A stretch of DNA of 64,000 nucleotides from Enterobacteria phage ATK47. Shown here piece by piece: positions 1 through 8,351 of the stretch. The stretch lies in sequence record NC_055708.1; one strand, written 5' to 3'. Numbering within the stretch: position 1 is the first letter of the stretch; every line of letters begins with the position of its first letter. The position numbers and the translations under genes were made by a program. The notes beneath the pieces were generated by a model. That model did no database searches and was not told where the DNA came from. It saw only the letters and a list, made by a program, of their open reading frames with translations.

Positions 1-70
1 GTGTGGCCTTGAAGCTCTTCGTGAAGTTCGTGATGGGTATCGTCGTGACATCGAAGAAATGTCAAAATAA

Positions 71-108
71 GTGTACAAACTGATAGGACTATGTTATAGT
101 AGTCCTAT
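71..108 (+). promoter_or_regulatory. Early-type promoter (GTGTAC -35, TATAGT -10) inside an inverted repeat (ataggact/agtcctat)
   Basis: Hexamers 17-18 bp apart; inverted repeat read directly; SD GAGGAG and ATG at 129 follow. Confidence 0.5.
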
Positions 109-128
109 TAAAACATGAGGAGAATATT

Positions 129-434
129 ATGAAATTAGGCGAAACCAACCGAATTGGTCTTTTAACAATATTTGTATCACTTTTTTACGCAGCTCTTTCT
201 GTTGCAGTATTACAAAAGGCTTACAGTATGGATGGTGTTCCTGGTTTTGTATTCTTATCGCCGTTTTTGCTATTCGTTGGAGCATTGTTATTATATGCCA
301 CGACTAGTTTCGACCATAACGTCTGGGTCAATTATAAATGTAAATTGTCTGAAGAAGAACACGCAGAAGCTCGTAAAAAAGCTATTGAATCTACCAATCT
401 AGAAAATTTCATTAAAGAATGTCGAGGAAAATAA
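129..434 (+). CDS. Hypothetical small membrane protein
   Basis: ORF with SD; two hydrophobic segments. Confidence 0.5.
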   Translation: MKLGETNRIGLLTIFVSLFYAALSVAVLQKAYSMDGVPGFVFLSPFLLFVGALLLYATTSFDHNVWVNYKCKLSEEEHAEARKKAIESTNLENFIKECRGK

Positions 435-435
435 T

Positions 436-1122
436 ATGAATAGTTCTAAAGTGTTTAATAGTCAAGCTCGTGCAGTAGGTGGTTTTGCTCATGCGATTAA
501 AAATGACCAGATTAAAAACGAGCCTATGTTCTTTAATTGCGATTTGAATTTTGCTTTTGATAACGGCGGTCCAATTACTCGTAGCTTTATCCAAAATCTC
601 CCTGACGATTGGAAAGACTCGGATGTAGTATTTGATTCACGAGTCCATATGCTGATGCCTGGTTGGTATCCTGCTATTCCTGGTTATCACCATGATGACG
701 TACCACGCCCGGATATTCCGGTTGGTCAACATTTTATTACTGCAGGACAACCTGACTATGACAATCCTCGCTATTTGTCTGAACATATTCTTGGTCTTGT
801 TAACGCTGATGTGTGTCCTACTCATTTTGCAACAGGAACTGCAGAGTTCAGTCAGATTCCTGATGGCGAACTTATCTATCGCCAGTGTCACAAAGAAGTC
901 CTCGAAAAAATTGAAAAAGGTGAACTAGAGAAATGGGAAGCTCCAGATCGTACTCTTCTTCAGTTTGATTGGCAAACATGGCACACTGGTTCTCGTGCAA
1001 TTAGTAATGGATGGCGTTGGTTCGGACGTGTATCTCGTAATACAGACCGAGTTAAAAAGATTACCAATGAAATTCGTGTCAATGCTCAAGTTTATCTGGA
1101 ATTCCCTATGGAAGGCTGGTAA
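436..1122 (+). CDS. Hypothetical protein, 228 aa
   Basis: ORF with SD AGGAAAA; His/Asp-rich segment (GYHHDD...PTHF) hints at a metal-binding fold, unverified. Confidence 0.5.
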   Translation: MNSSKVFNSQARAVGGFAHAIKNDQIKNEPMFFNCDLNFAFDNGGPITRSFIQNLPDDWKDSDVVFDSRVHMLMPGWYPAIPGYHHDDVPRPDIPVGQHFITAGQPDYDNPRYLSEHILGLVNADVCPTHFATGTAEFSQIPDGELIYRQCHKEVLEKIEKGELEKWEAPDRTLLQFDWQTWHTGSRAISNGWRWFGRVSRNTDRVKKITNEIRVNAQVYLEFPMEGW

Positions 1123-1613
1123 TGATTAACAAAACATATTGGTCTAATATAGACGATGGCAACGAAGGTATTTCGTACTATTCAGTGGATTGGACAGGAT
1201 GTCCATCCTACTTAGTGAAACGTATTTGCCAAGAATTTAAAATCGACCAGCCAGCAGGTATTATCGTGAACAGATACATTAATGGATATCAACCTATCGA
1301 TGAAGTAATACGAACAACTCAAGCTGAGCTTGAAAAGTTTTTCAATAAGTGCCAATGGATAACAGGATGGATTATATTTGTACCGTCGGTATGGTTTTTC
1401 AGTACTAAGGTGAGTTCTTTCGGATTTGTTGATATTATTGCTATCTTATTAGCATCTAGTATCGTAAGTGTTGTTGGTGGCATCATTGGCGGCGGTACCG
1501 CCGCCATCATTATTAATCTTATTAAAAGTAGTTTACAAGAACATAAAGACAAGATAAAAGCCAAGAATAATGAAGTTGAACGTTTTATTACCGAATGCAG
1601 GAATTTGAGATGA
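1122..1613 (+). CDS. Hypothetical membrane protein with Gly-rich transmembrane segment
   Basis: ATGA start/stop overlap with upstream ORF. Confidence 0.45.
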   Translation: MINKTYWSNIDDGNEGISYYSVDWTGCPSYLVKRICQEFKIDQPAGIIVNRYINGYQPIDEVIRTTQAELEKFFNKCQWITGWIIFVPSVWFFSTKVSSFGFVDIIAILLASSIVSVVGGIIGGGTAAIIINLIKSSLQEHKDKIKAKNNEVERFITECRNLR

Positions 1614-1846
1614 GTATAGCAATTTACATTAAATCAGAATCATGTGATAGTTATCTGTACACATATGATAAAGATGTGTCAGAAGAAAAAATCAAAGACG
1701 ACCTTAATACGGACCTTGATATGTTCTGTCCTATTGCAGATTACAAACTTGCGGTCTCTAATAGTGAAAGTCCATCTAAAGAAACGCGCATTGAAGAATT
1801 TATGTCTGAATTAATGGCCAAATCATGGGACCGAGATGATGAGTAA
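1610..1846 (+). CDS. Hypothetical acidic protein
   Basis: ATGA overlap start at 1610; ORF. Confidence 0.4.
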   Translation: MSIAIYIKSESCDSYLYTYDKDVSEEKIKDDLNTDLDMFCPIADYKLAVSNSESPSKETRIEEFMSELMAKSWDRDDE

Positions 1847-2294
1847 GAAAAATAAAGTGAAAGAGCTATCAGCCGGTATTATTTTCCTTACCGAAGATAA
1901 AGAGTTATTCATGGGGCGTGTAACTGGTTCTCGTCCTAAAGGTGCATTAACTCATCGGTGGGATATTCCTAAAGGCCGTGTCGAACCTGGCGAATCTCCT
2001 ATTGAAGCCGCTATTCGTGAATGCGAAGAAGAAACTGGGTTTACACAATATGACCCTGCCTTCCTGAAAGACCTAGGTGAACATCATTACTCAGACAATA
2101 AGAATATTCATCTGTTCCTATATACCATCCCTGTAGAGCACGAGCAATTCAGAAACAGTGTTTGTAATTCCTATCATACATTCCAAGACGGACGACAGAT
2201 TCCTGAATTTGATGCATTCGCTTTAATTAAACCTTCTCAATGGGAATATGTAATGGGCAAATCGTTATATAAGGTGCTCACTACCCTCCTATAA
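1836..2294 (+). CDS. nudE: Nudix hydrolase NudE (T4 e.1 homolog)
   Basis: Nudix box GESPIEAAIRECEEETGF; sits immediately upstream of e as in T4. Confidence 0.85.
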   Translation: MMSKKNKVKELSAGIIFLTEDKELFMGRVTGSRPKGALTHRWDIPKGRVEPGESPIEAAIRECEEETGFTQYDPAFLKDLGEHHYSDNKNIHLFLYTIPVEHEQFRNSVCNSYHTFQDGRQIPEFDAFALIKPSQWEYVMGKSLYKVLTTLL

Positions 2295-2300
2295 GTAATA

Positions 2301-2328
2301 AATACCTCCTATAAACGTGGGAGGTATT
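2301..2328 (+). promoter_or_regulatory. Hairpin sequestering the lysozyme SD (arms aatacctcc/ggaggtatt) with TATAAA-like late-promoter motif in the loop
   Basis: Perfect 9-bp inverted repeat read from sequence; 3' arm contains GGAGG just upstream of ATG 2329. Confidence 0.6.
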
Positions 2329-2817
2329 ATGAATATATTTGAAATGCTTCGTAATGACGAAGGTCTTAGACTGACTTTATACAAAGACACTGAAGGCTTT
2401 TGGACGATTGGCATAGGCCATTTAGTAACAAAGAACCCGTCTTTAGCCGTAGCTAAAGCTGAACTTGACAGAATGATCGGCCGTAAATGCAACGGTACAA
2501 TTACCCTTGATGAGGCTGAAAAGCTATTTAATGAAGACGTTGATAAAGCTGTCCGCGGAATCTTGGGTAATGCTAAACTTAAACCGGTATATGATTCTTT
2601 AGATGCAGTTCGTCGGTGTGCATTGGTCAATATGGTCTTCCAAATGGGTGTAGCAGGAGTCGCCGGTTTTACTAATTCTCTTCGTATGCTTAAACAGAAA
2701 CGTTGGGATGAAGCGGCAGTAAATCTAGCTCAATCTAAATGGTATCGTCAGACACCTAATCGCGCGAAACGCGTAATCTCAACATTTAAAACAGGAACTT
2801 GGAAAGCGTATATATGA
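2329..2817 (+). CDS. e: Endolysin (T4 lysozyme, gene e)
   Basis: MNIFEMLR...[22 protein letters not shown] closely matches T4 lysozyme as recalled; the six-frame ORF begins 12 nt upstream. Confidence 0.95.
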   Translation: MNIFEMLRNDEGLRLTLYKDTEGFWTIGIGHLVTKNPSLAVAKAELDRMIGRKCNGTITLDEAEKLFNEDVDKAVRGILGNAKLKPVYDSLDAVRRCALVNMVFQMGVAGVAGFTNSLRMLKQKRWDEAAVNLAQSKWYRQTPNRAKRVISTFKTGTWKAYI

Positions 2818-3095
2818 AAACATATAGTGAATTTTTATCAGAATCTATTCTTAACGAAGCTACTGACACATTTGCAACTAAGCTAGGTGCAGCTTTGGTT
2901 GAAGCTGAAAGTCTATTAGCACGTATTTCTGAACTTGCTAGTAAGATAGATACTCGCAAATTTGAACGTACCAGCGATATCGCTAAGCTTGAAGCCTTGT
3001 TGCGTATGTGCGATAAACCAGAAGAAATCGCTAAGAACGGCTCGCTGATGAAACAACGTCTTGAAAAATATATTTCAGGCGCTTCAGAAAAATAG
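2814..3095 (+). CDS. Internal (capsid-injected) protein with N-terminal capsid targeting sequence
   Basis: Starts [10 protein letters not shown], the T4 IP capsid-targeting sequence pattern with an L-x-E prohead-protease site; ATGA overlap with e stop. Confidence 0.65.
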   Translation: MKTYSEFLSESILNEATDTFATKLGAALVEAESLLARISELASKIDTRKFERTSDIAKLEALLRMCDKPEEIAKNGSLMKQRLEKYISGASEK

Positions 3096-3096
3096 T

Positions 3097-3150
3097 GTTT
3101 ACTTCCTCCAAGGGTTTTGATACTATACATTCATCAACTACTTGGAGGAA
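3097..3150 (+). promoter_or_regulatory. Early promoter (GTTTAC, TACTAT) with inverted repeat cttcctccaag/cttggaggaa covering the denV SD
   Basis: Read directly; 18-bp spacer. Confidence 0.5.
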
Positions 3151-3153
3151 ATT

Positions 3154-3567
3154 ATGACTCGTATCAATTTAACACTTGTTTCTGAACTGTCCGACCAACA
3201 TCTTATGGCTGAGTATCGTGAATTACCACGCGTATTTGGTGCAGTCCGTAAACATGTTCAAAACGGTAAACGTGTAAAGGATTTTAAAATCTCTCCAACA
3301 TTTATCTTAGGCACAGGTCACGTAACATTCTTTTACGACAAACTCGAATTTTTACGTTTACGTCAAATCGAGCTAATCGCTGAATGTTTGAAACGTGGTT
3401 TCAAAATCAAGGACACGACAGTCCAGGATATTTCCGACATCCCTGCCGAATTTCGTAATAATTATGTCCCGTCCGAAGCGTCCATTGCGATAAGTCAAGC
3501 ACGCTTAGATGAAAAAATTGCTCAACGTCCGACTTGGTACAAATACTATGGTAAATCAATTTACTAA
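3154..3567 (+). CDS. denV: Endonuclease V, pyrimidine-dimer DNA glycosylase
   Basis: [12 protein letters not shown]...[16 protein letters not shown] matches T4 endonuclease V as recalled. Confidence 0.95.
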   Translation: MTRINLTLVSELSDQHLMAEYRELPRVFGAVRKHVQNGKRVKDFKISPTFILGTGHVTFFYDKLEFLRLRQIELIAECLKRGFKIKDTTVQDISDIPAEFRNNYVPSEASIAISQARLDEKIAQRPTWYKYYGKSIY

Positions 3568-3574
3568 GGAAAAA

Positions 3575-3904
3575 ATGAAAACATATCAAGAGTTTATCAC
3601 TGAAGTTACATTATCTGCGGAACAGAAAGCTGCTATCGAAGAAAGTAAAAATCCCAAAGTAACATATAAAGTAAATAGTAAAGGCGTTTTTGATGGCTTG
3701 GTTCAAGACCCTGAATTGAAAAAAGCTCTTTCTAAAACTAATGCGTACTTTGCTCCTAAATTTAACACAGCCGGTGTACTTATTGGATTGGATGTATTCA
3801 ACTCTAAAGGTGTTCTATCTAATGCCTTTGGCTATGCCGCTAACAAAATTACCAAAGCCGCATGGGAATCCAATACCAAACAAGCTCAAAAGCCTAGAGT
3901 ATAA
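3575..3904 (+). CDS. Internal protein (IPII/IPIII-like) with capsid targeting sequence
   Basis: Starts MKTYQEFITE (capsid-targeting sequence); start overlaps denV stop. Confidence 0.7.
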   Translation: MKTYQEFITEVTLSAEQKAAIEESKNPKVTYKVNSKGVFDGLVQDPELKKALSKTNAYFAPKFNTAGVLIGLDVFNSKGVLSNAFGYAANKITKAAWESNTKQAQKPRV

Positions 3905-4076
3905 TTCTTGTCTAATAAAGGGAAACGCAACCTCTCCTTATGAACGTCGAGTCCTCTGAGTGATGTACCTTTTCCAACCTGTAATAAGGTCGAGCGCAAT
4001 GCGGTAATGGGTTTACATAGCGAGTCGAAGGACCTAACATGTGCCACGGAATGGCCCAAACCTTAAGAGAAATAAT

Positions 4077-4616
4077 ATGAGAACATTTTTAACTGGACCT
4101 TATCTATCCCTGATGAATGCTTTTACACACCATTCTGATGCTAGAGTAGAAGAAATTTGTAAGAACGGTTATATCCCACCATTTGAAGACGTACTCAAGC
4201 AGTACTGTACACTTCGTTTAGACGGCGGCAGACAATCAGGTAAATCAATTGCTGTGACTAACTTTGCTGCTAATTGGCTGTACGATGGTGGAACAGTTAT
4301 TATTCTTTCTAATACTTCAGCTTATGCTAAAATTTCTGCTGGCAACATTGAAAAAGAATTTTCTCGTTATTCTAGCGACAATATTCGATTCCGTTTATTT
4401 ACTGATTCTGTCCGTAGTTTTATTGGCAATGAAGGTTCTAAATTCCGTGGATTAACGCTTTCTCGTATTCTGTATATAATTGACGAGCCTATTAAAGCTC
4501 CTGATATGGATAAGATTTACAATGTCCATATTAAAACAGTACAGTACTGCTGCAAAAGCAAATATTGCATCGGCGGTAATTCTCGTCCTCAATTTTTTGT
4601 GATTGGAATGCAATGA
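4077..4616 (+). CDS. Hypothetical protein (positional equivalent of the T4 vs.8-vs.3 block)
   Basis: ORF with SD; start taken at internal ATG 4077. Confidence 0.45.
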   Translation: MRTFLTGPYLSLMNAFTHHSDARVEEICKNGYIPPFEDVLKQYCTLRLDGGRQSGKSIAVTNFAANWLYDGGTVIILSNTSAYAKISAGNIEKEFSRYSSDNIRFRLFTDSVRSFIGNEGSKFRGLTLSRILYIIDEPIKAPDMDKIYNVHIKTVQYCCKSKYCIGGNSRPQFFVIGMQ

Positions 4617-4921
4617 TGACCACTATTGAAGTTTTTGAATATTGTTATAACAGCCCAGTATGCAATAAAAGGGCTCTTGTAGAAAATTATGAGATTTACC
4701 ATTTTAAACCTAAACGATATCGTTTGACTAAAGGCCCGTTCGCAGGGCAGCAGGTTCTTTGTACTGCTCCTAATGCACGGTTGATGACTAGTATTCCGCA
4801 TTTCAAAATGGAATTTATTGATGGGCCATTTAAGGGATTAATCACTCAAAGTTTAATGGCGTTTAATTCCGACCCATTTTTGATTAAAGAAAAATCTTGG
4901 ATAAATTTATTTTCTAATTGA
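4613..4921 (+). CDS. Hypothetical protein
   Basis: ATGA overlap; ORF. Confidence 0.45.
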   Translation: MMTTIEVFEYCYNSPVCNKRALVENYEIYHFKPKRYRLTKGPFAGQQVLCTAPNARLMTSIPHFKMEFIDGPFKGLITQSLMAFNSDPFLIKEKSWINLFSN

Positions 4922-4927
4922 GGTTAT

Positions 4928-5290
4928 ATGAAAGCATATCAAATTCTTGAAGGTGAACATAAAGGCACTATTTATTTTGAAGACTGTACTCAAGCCCGGA
5001 TTATTGTCTCTAAGACTTTTAAAGAAGACGCTATTGTAGATCCAGAAATTTTCTACGGTTTGAATGCTCGTGAAATTGAAATTGAACATCAACCTAAAGT
5101 TAAAATTGAAGGTGGTCAACACCTGAACGTTAACGTTCTGCGTCGCGAAACTCTGGAAGATGCAGTTAAGCATCCAGAAAAATATCCGCAGCTGACCATC
5201 CGTGTATCCGGTTATGCAGTTCGCTTTAACTCTCTGACTCCGGAACAGCAGCGCGACGTTATCGCTCGTACCTTTACCGAGAGTCTATAA
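4928..5290 (+). CDS. grcA: Autonomous glycyl-radical cofactor (GrcA/YfiD-like; T4 Y06I-type)
   Basis: C-terminal RVSGYAVRF glycine-radical motif; C-terminal ~60 aa match E. coli GrcA as I recall it. Confidence 0.9.
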   Translation: MKAYQILEGEHKGTIYFEDCTQARIIVSKTFKEDAIVDPEIFYGLNAREIEIEHQPKVKIEGGQHLNVNVLRRETLEDAVKHPEKYPQLTIRVSGYAVRFNSLTPEQQRDVIARTFTESL

Positions 5291-5514
5291 TGGCTAAATT
5301 GATTATAGAAGGGTCTGAAGATGTTTTAAAATGTTTTGCCGCCTGGTTTAGTTGCTCAGGCGAGCAATCATTCATTGAAGCATTTAGAATGGGTGATATT
5401 ACTGGAAACTATCCGACAACTGATATCACTGTACGTGGATATGGTATTAATGAGCCTATCCAATTGGTCGAATATGACCTTGCCACAGATGAGGAAATTC
5501 CTTATGTCGATTGA
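5290..5514 (+). CDS. Hypothetical protein, 74 aa
   Basis: TAATG overlap start. Confidence 0.4.
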   Translation: MAKLIIEGSEDVLKCFAAWFSCSGEQSFIEAFRMGDITGNYPTTDITVRGYGINEPIQLVEYDLATDEEIPYVD

Positions 5515-5770
5515 AGATATTAAAGGCTACAAGCCACATACCGACGATAAAATCAGTAAAGTGAACGCTATTAAAGATGCAGAAGTCCGTCTTGGATTGA
5601 TGTTTGATGCTCTGATTGAAGAAGCATATATCTTAAAAGAAAATGAAACAGAGCAACAAACCAAAGAAGATATGGATGCAGTGCAGGCTCTTAAGTATGC
5701 TAAGCAACATCTAAAAGAAGCTAGTATGTGGGCTTGTCGTGCGGTATTTCAACCAGAGGAAAAATACTAA
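5504..5770 (+). CDS. Hypothetical helical protein, 88 aa (sits where T4 vs.4 would be)
   Basis: Internal ATG 5504 with SD GAGGAA; position two genes upstream of regB. Confidence 0.4.
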   Translation: MSIEDIKGYKPHTDDKISKVNAIKDAEVRLGLMFDALIEEAYILKENETEQQTKEDMDAVQALKYAKQHLKEASMWACRAVFQPEEKY

Positions 5771-6069
5771 TGGCTCAAATCCTATCAGGCTTTGGAACTC
5801 ATTATGAAGCATCTCGACGCATAACTGAAAGCAATCCTTTTGGCCTTGTTCCGAAGCACAAGAAAATTCAAAGCCTTGATGACTTTGAGAATCGCCTATG
5901 GGCCCTCTTTAATGAGTACAAGGCATATCTGAAAGAAGACGCTGACGATTGTCTTGAAGAAGATGAGATTGCGTATTACGAACAACGCCTTGAACAGCTC
6001 AAGAACTTCCACCAGGTTCGTGACGAAGTATCTAAAGCAGTTAAAAAGTTAATTCCTTTCAAAGAGTAG
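5770..6069 (+). CDS. Hypothetical protein, 99 aa
   Basis: ORF, ATG 5770. Confidence 0.45.
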   Translation: MAQILSGFGTHYEASRRITESNPFGLVPKHKKIQSLDDFENRLWALFNEYKAYLKEDADDCLEEDEIAYYEQRLEQLKNFHQVRDEVSKAVKKLIPFKE

Positions 6070-6117
6070 TTTACTTCTCCTCTAGTTGTGTTACTATAGA
6101 CCTGTCAACTAGAGGAG
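6069..6117 (+). promoter_or_regulatory. Early promoter-stem-loop element (GTTTAC, TACTAT; inverted repeat ctcctctagttg/caactagaggag)
   Basis: 12-bp perfect inverted repeat; 3' arm carries the regB SD. Confidence 0.6.
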
Positions 6118-6125
6118 AAATCAAA

Positions 6126-6584
6126 ATGACTATCAATTCAGACGTTTTTATCCGCCGCAATAAACTCCGTCGAATCTTTGAAACGGAGTTCCGCAAAATA
6201 AATGCCAGTATAAAAGATGCTGCAAAGTCTCTTGGACTACCAGGCTTTCATATCAAGTATTCTCAACATCTCTTAGATCGTGCCATCCAGAGAGAAATAG
6301 ATGAGAATTACGTTTTTGAATTATTTCGTAAAGTAAAAAATCATGTTAAAGAAGTTGCAGAATTTTTATCAATGCCGGCACGTCCAGATGTTGATGAAGA
6401 TTTTGTCGAAGGTGTAGAATATCGCCCAGGCCGTTTAGAAATAACTGATGGAAATCTTTGGTTAGGACTTACAGTTTGTCGCGAAAATCCGGCATTCAAA
6501 ATGAAGACTCTTCAATGCAGAATGGCTATTATTAACAATAAACGACTACCAGGAAAAGCTTCTAAAGCAGTGATTAAAATCTAG
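6126..6584 (+). CDS. regB: RegB sequence-specific endoribonuclease
   Basis: Strong match to T4 RegB as recalled (MTIN..VFIRRNKLRR..., YSQHLLDRAIQREIDE). Confidence 0.9.
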   Translation: MTINSDVFIRRNKLRRIFETEFRKINASIKDAAKSLGLPGFHIKYSQHLLDRAIQREIDENYVFELFRKVKNHVKEVAEFLSMPARPDVDEDFVEGVEYRPGRLEITDGNLWLGLTVCRENPAFKMKTLQCRMAIINNKRLPGKASKAVIKI

Positions 6585-6592
6585 AGGTAAAC

Positions 6593-7135
6593 ATGAGAAA
6601 AGCACTACTCGCTGGTCTATTTGCTCTTTCATTATCAGCACATAGCTCCGAGCATACTTTTAGTAATGTCCAACTCGATAACTTGAATTATGCTTATCAG
6701 TTTGGGGAACAGTTTTCTAAGGATGGAAAATTTAAAACGCATGAAAATATGCATAAGAAAGGACTTGGATACATAATGGCCGCAATACTATGGCAGGAAT
6801 CATCTGCTGGTATTAATCTTAAAGATAAGAAAGGTCACCATGCGTATGGAATGTTCCAAAATTATCTACCAACAATGAGGGCAAGAATTAACCAGCTTGG
6901 TTATAATATGACTGATGCCCAAATTAAGAAAATGCTATCTAAGCGGTCTAATTCAACCAGATGGGCTTATATCGAATTTTCTTATTGGTTAAATATACAT
7001 AATGGGGATATAAGAAAAGCTATATCCTCATACAATGCGGGATGGAAGACAAGTGCTGGAAGTAAATATGCTTCTGAAGTCCTAGAAAAGGCTAATTACC
7101 TTAAATCAAATAAACTACTGGAAATAAAAGAATGA
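6593..7135 (+). CDS. Secreted lytic-transglycosylase-like protein (SLT domain)
   Basis: Signal peptide; E-S ... GMFQ ... YNAG motifs typical of lytic transglycosylases. Confidence 0.55.
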   Translation: MRKALLAGLFALSLSAHSSEHTFSNVQLDNLNYAYQFGEQFSKDGKFKTHENMHKKGLGYIMAAILWQESSAGINLKDKKGHHAYGMFQNYLPTMRARINQLGYNMTDAQIKKMLSKRSNSTRWAYIEFSYWLNIHNGDIRKAISSYNAGWKTSAGSKYASEVLEKANYLKSNKLLEIKE

Positions 7136-7479
7136 CCAAAATGTTAGCTTTAATAGTTGGCTTGGTTTCATTTAACGCTCTTGCTAATACTACATATACT
7201 GATGTAACGGAGTATACAAACAGAACGGCGTCTGATTATTGTGGTAAAAGTCAAGAGTGTAAAGTAGATTTTTCACAAAAATTGTTATATGCGTATAAAG
7301 ACGGAGAAAAAGATGGGGCGTCTAGTAGGTTCAAGGCGTCTACCTTAATTAAAAGATACTATAAAAAATGGCAAATATTAGAATGCTCGGTGGCGGAACC
7401 TAAAGATAAGGCAGCATGCAATTCTATGGTGGACCGCCTAGTTGACTCTTATACTAGAGGACTTGCAGCAAGTGATTAA
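7132..7479 (+). CDS. Hypothetical secreted protein, 115 aa
   Basis: N-terminal signal-like segment; ATGA overlap. Confidence 0.45.
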   Translation: MTKMLALIVGLVSFNALANTTYTDVTEYTNRTASDYCGKSQECKVDFSQKLLYAYKDGEKDGASSRFKASTLIKRYYKKWQILECSVAEPKDKAACNSMVDRLVDSYTRGLAASD

Positions 7480-7939
7480 AAACTATATCAAGGGCGATAT
7501 TGTCGCCCTGTTTTCTAAAGGTAATAATATTGCTCATGGGTGTAATTGTTTTCATACAATGGGCGCCGGTGTGGCAGGACAATTAGCAAAGGCTTATCCA
7601 AAAATTCTGGAAGCCGATAAACTTCAAACCGAATTCGGAGACGAGTCTAAACTCGGGACTTATTCGGTTTATGAAAAATATTTTAAGACCCATAAAGCTT
7701 ATTGCTTTAATCTTTATACGCAGTTTGAGCCGGGACCTAATTTTGAGTACTCTGCTTTAATGAATTGTATAATAGAATTAAATGAATTTGGAAAGAATAA
7801 GATAACAAAGCCTGTAATTTATATGCCAAGAATTGGTGCAGGTATTGGTGGTGGAAACTGGGATGTCATCGAAGAGATTTTAGATACGTATTCCACTAAA
7901 CTAGAAATTGTGATTGTTGATTGGGAACCGTTATTATGA
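7472..7939 (+). CDS. Macro-domain protein (ADP-ribose binding/hydrolase fold)
   Basis: Motifs HGCNCFHTMGAGVAGQLAKAYP and IGAGIGGGNW resemble macro-domain signature regions; start uncertain (GTG 7472 overlapping the upstream stop, or TTG 7442). Confidence 0.6.
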   Translation: MIKNYIKGDIVALFSKGNNIAHGCNCFHTMGAGVAGQLAKAYPKILEADKLQTEFGDESKLGTYSVYEKYFKTHKAYCFNLYTQFEPGPNFEYSALMNCIIELNEFGKNKITKPVIYMPRIGAGIGGGNWDVIEEILDTYSTKLEIVIVDWEPLL

Positions 7940-8148
7940 ATATACATTATCCACATCCATATGATCCAAAGAATAAGGCAGTAATTATTCGTCAATGGGA
8001 ACGCATTTGTCGTACTAAATGTCCAATTAATAGTCCACATGATGTAGATAAAGACTACATCGGAACATTCGTTGAATATACCTTTATTGATAAGAAAGGC
8101 CGTAAACAACATGTAGAAGAATATTGCTTAAAGGTGACATGGCTATGA
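7921..8148 (+). CDS. Hypothetical protein, 75 aa
   Basis: ORF. Confidence 0.35.
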   Translation: MGTVIMNIHYPHPYDPKNKAVIIRQWERICRTKCPINSPHDVDKDYIGTFVEYTFIDKKGRKQHVEEYCLKVTWL

Positions 8149-8351
8149 GTCAAACAAAAATTCTTACAGGTGCTAAATGCGAAAAATGCGAATGGCCTGT
8201 AGTTTTTGCTTTATGCAATGACGAAATGGCTTGTGATTTTGATTATTGGTGTTACTGTTCGAACAAAGGTTGTAGCAATCATAAAGGTGAAGGGTTTTAC
8301 TCAGGATTTTACCCTTACCCAGATTTCGTTAAAGAAGGTGAACCTAAATGA
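8145..8351 (+). CDS. Cys-rich small protein (possible zinc binding)
   Basis: CEKCEW...CNDEMACDFDYWCYCSNKGC. Confidence 0.4.
   Translation: MSQTKILTGAKCEKCEWPVVFALCNDEMACDFDYWCYCSNKGCSNHKGEGFYSGFYPYPDFVKEGEPK

Noticed and set aside
172-928. Alternative-frame plus-strand ORFs (172-402, 692-928 and others nested within larger ORFs)
   Set aside because: They overlap longer ORFs with better start contexts and have hydrophobic low-complexity translations typical of off-frame reading of AT-rich DNA.
3905-4076. tRNA gene
   Set aside because: No 7-bp acceptor stem plus GTTCRA T-loop arrangement could be assembled by eye; kept only as a low-interest unexplained gap.
7442-7471. TTG start at 7442 for the macro-domain gene and TTG start at 26940 for gene 55, as given in the ORF track
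   Set aside because: For gene 55 an ATG at 26958 with a proper SD gives the 185-aa T4-length protein. For the macro gene a GTG at 7472 overlapping the upstream stop is at least as plausible; the start remains uncertain.
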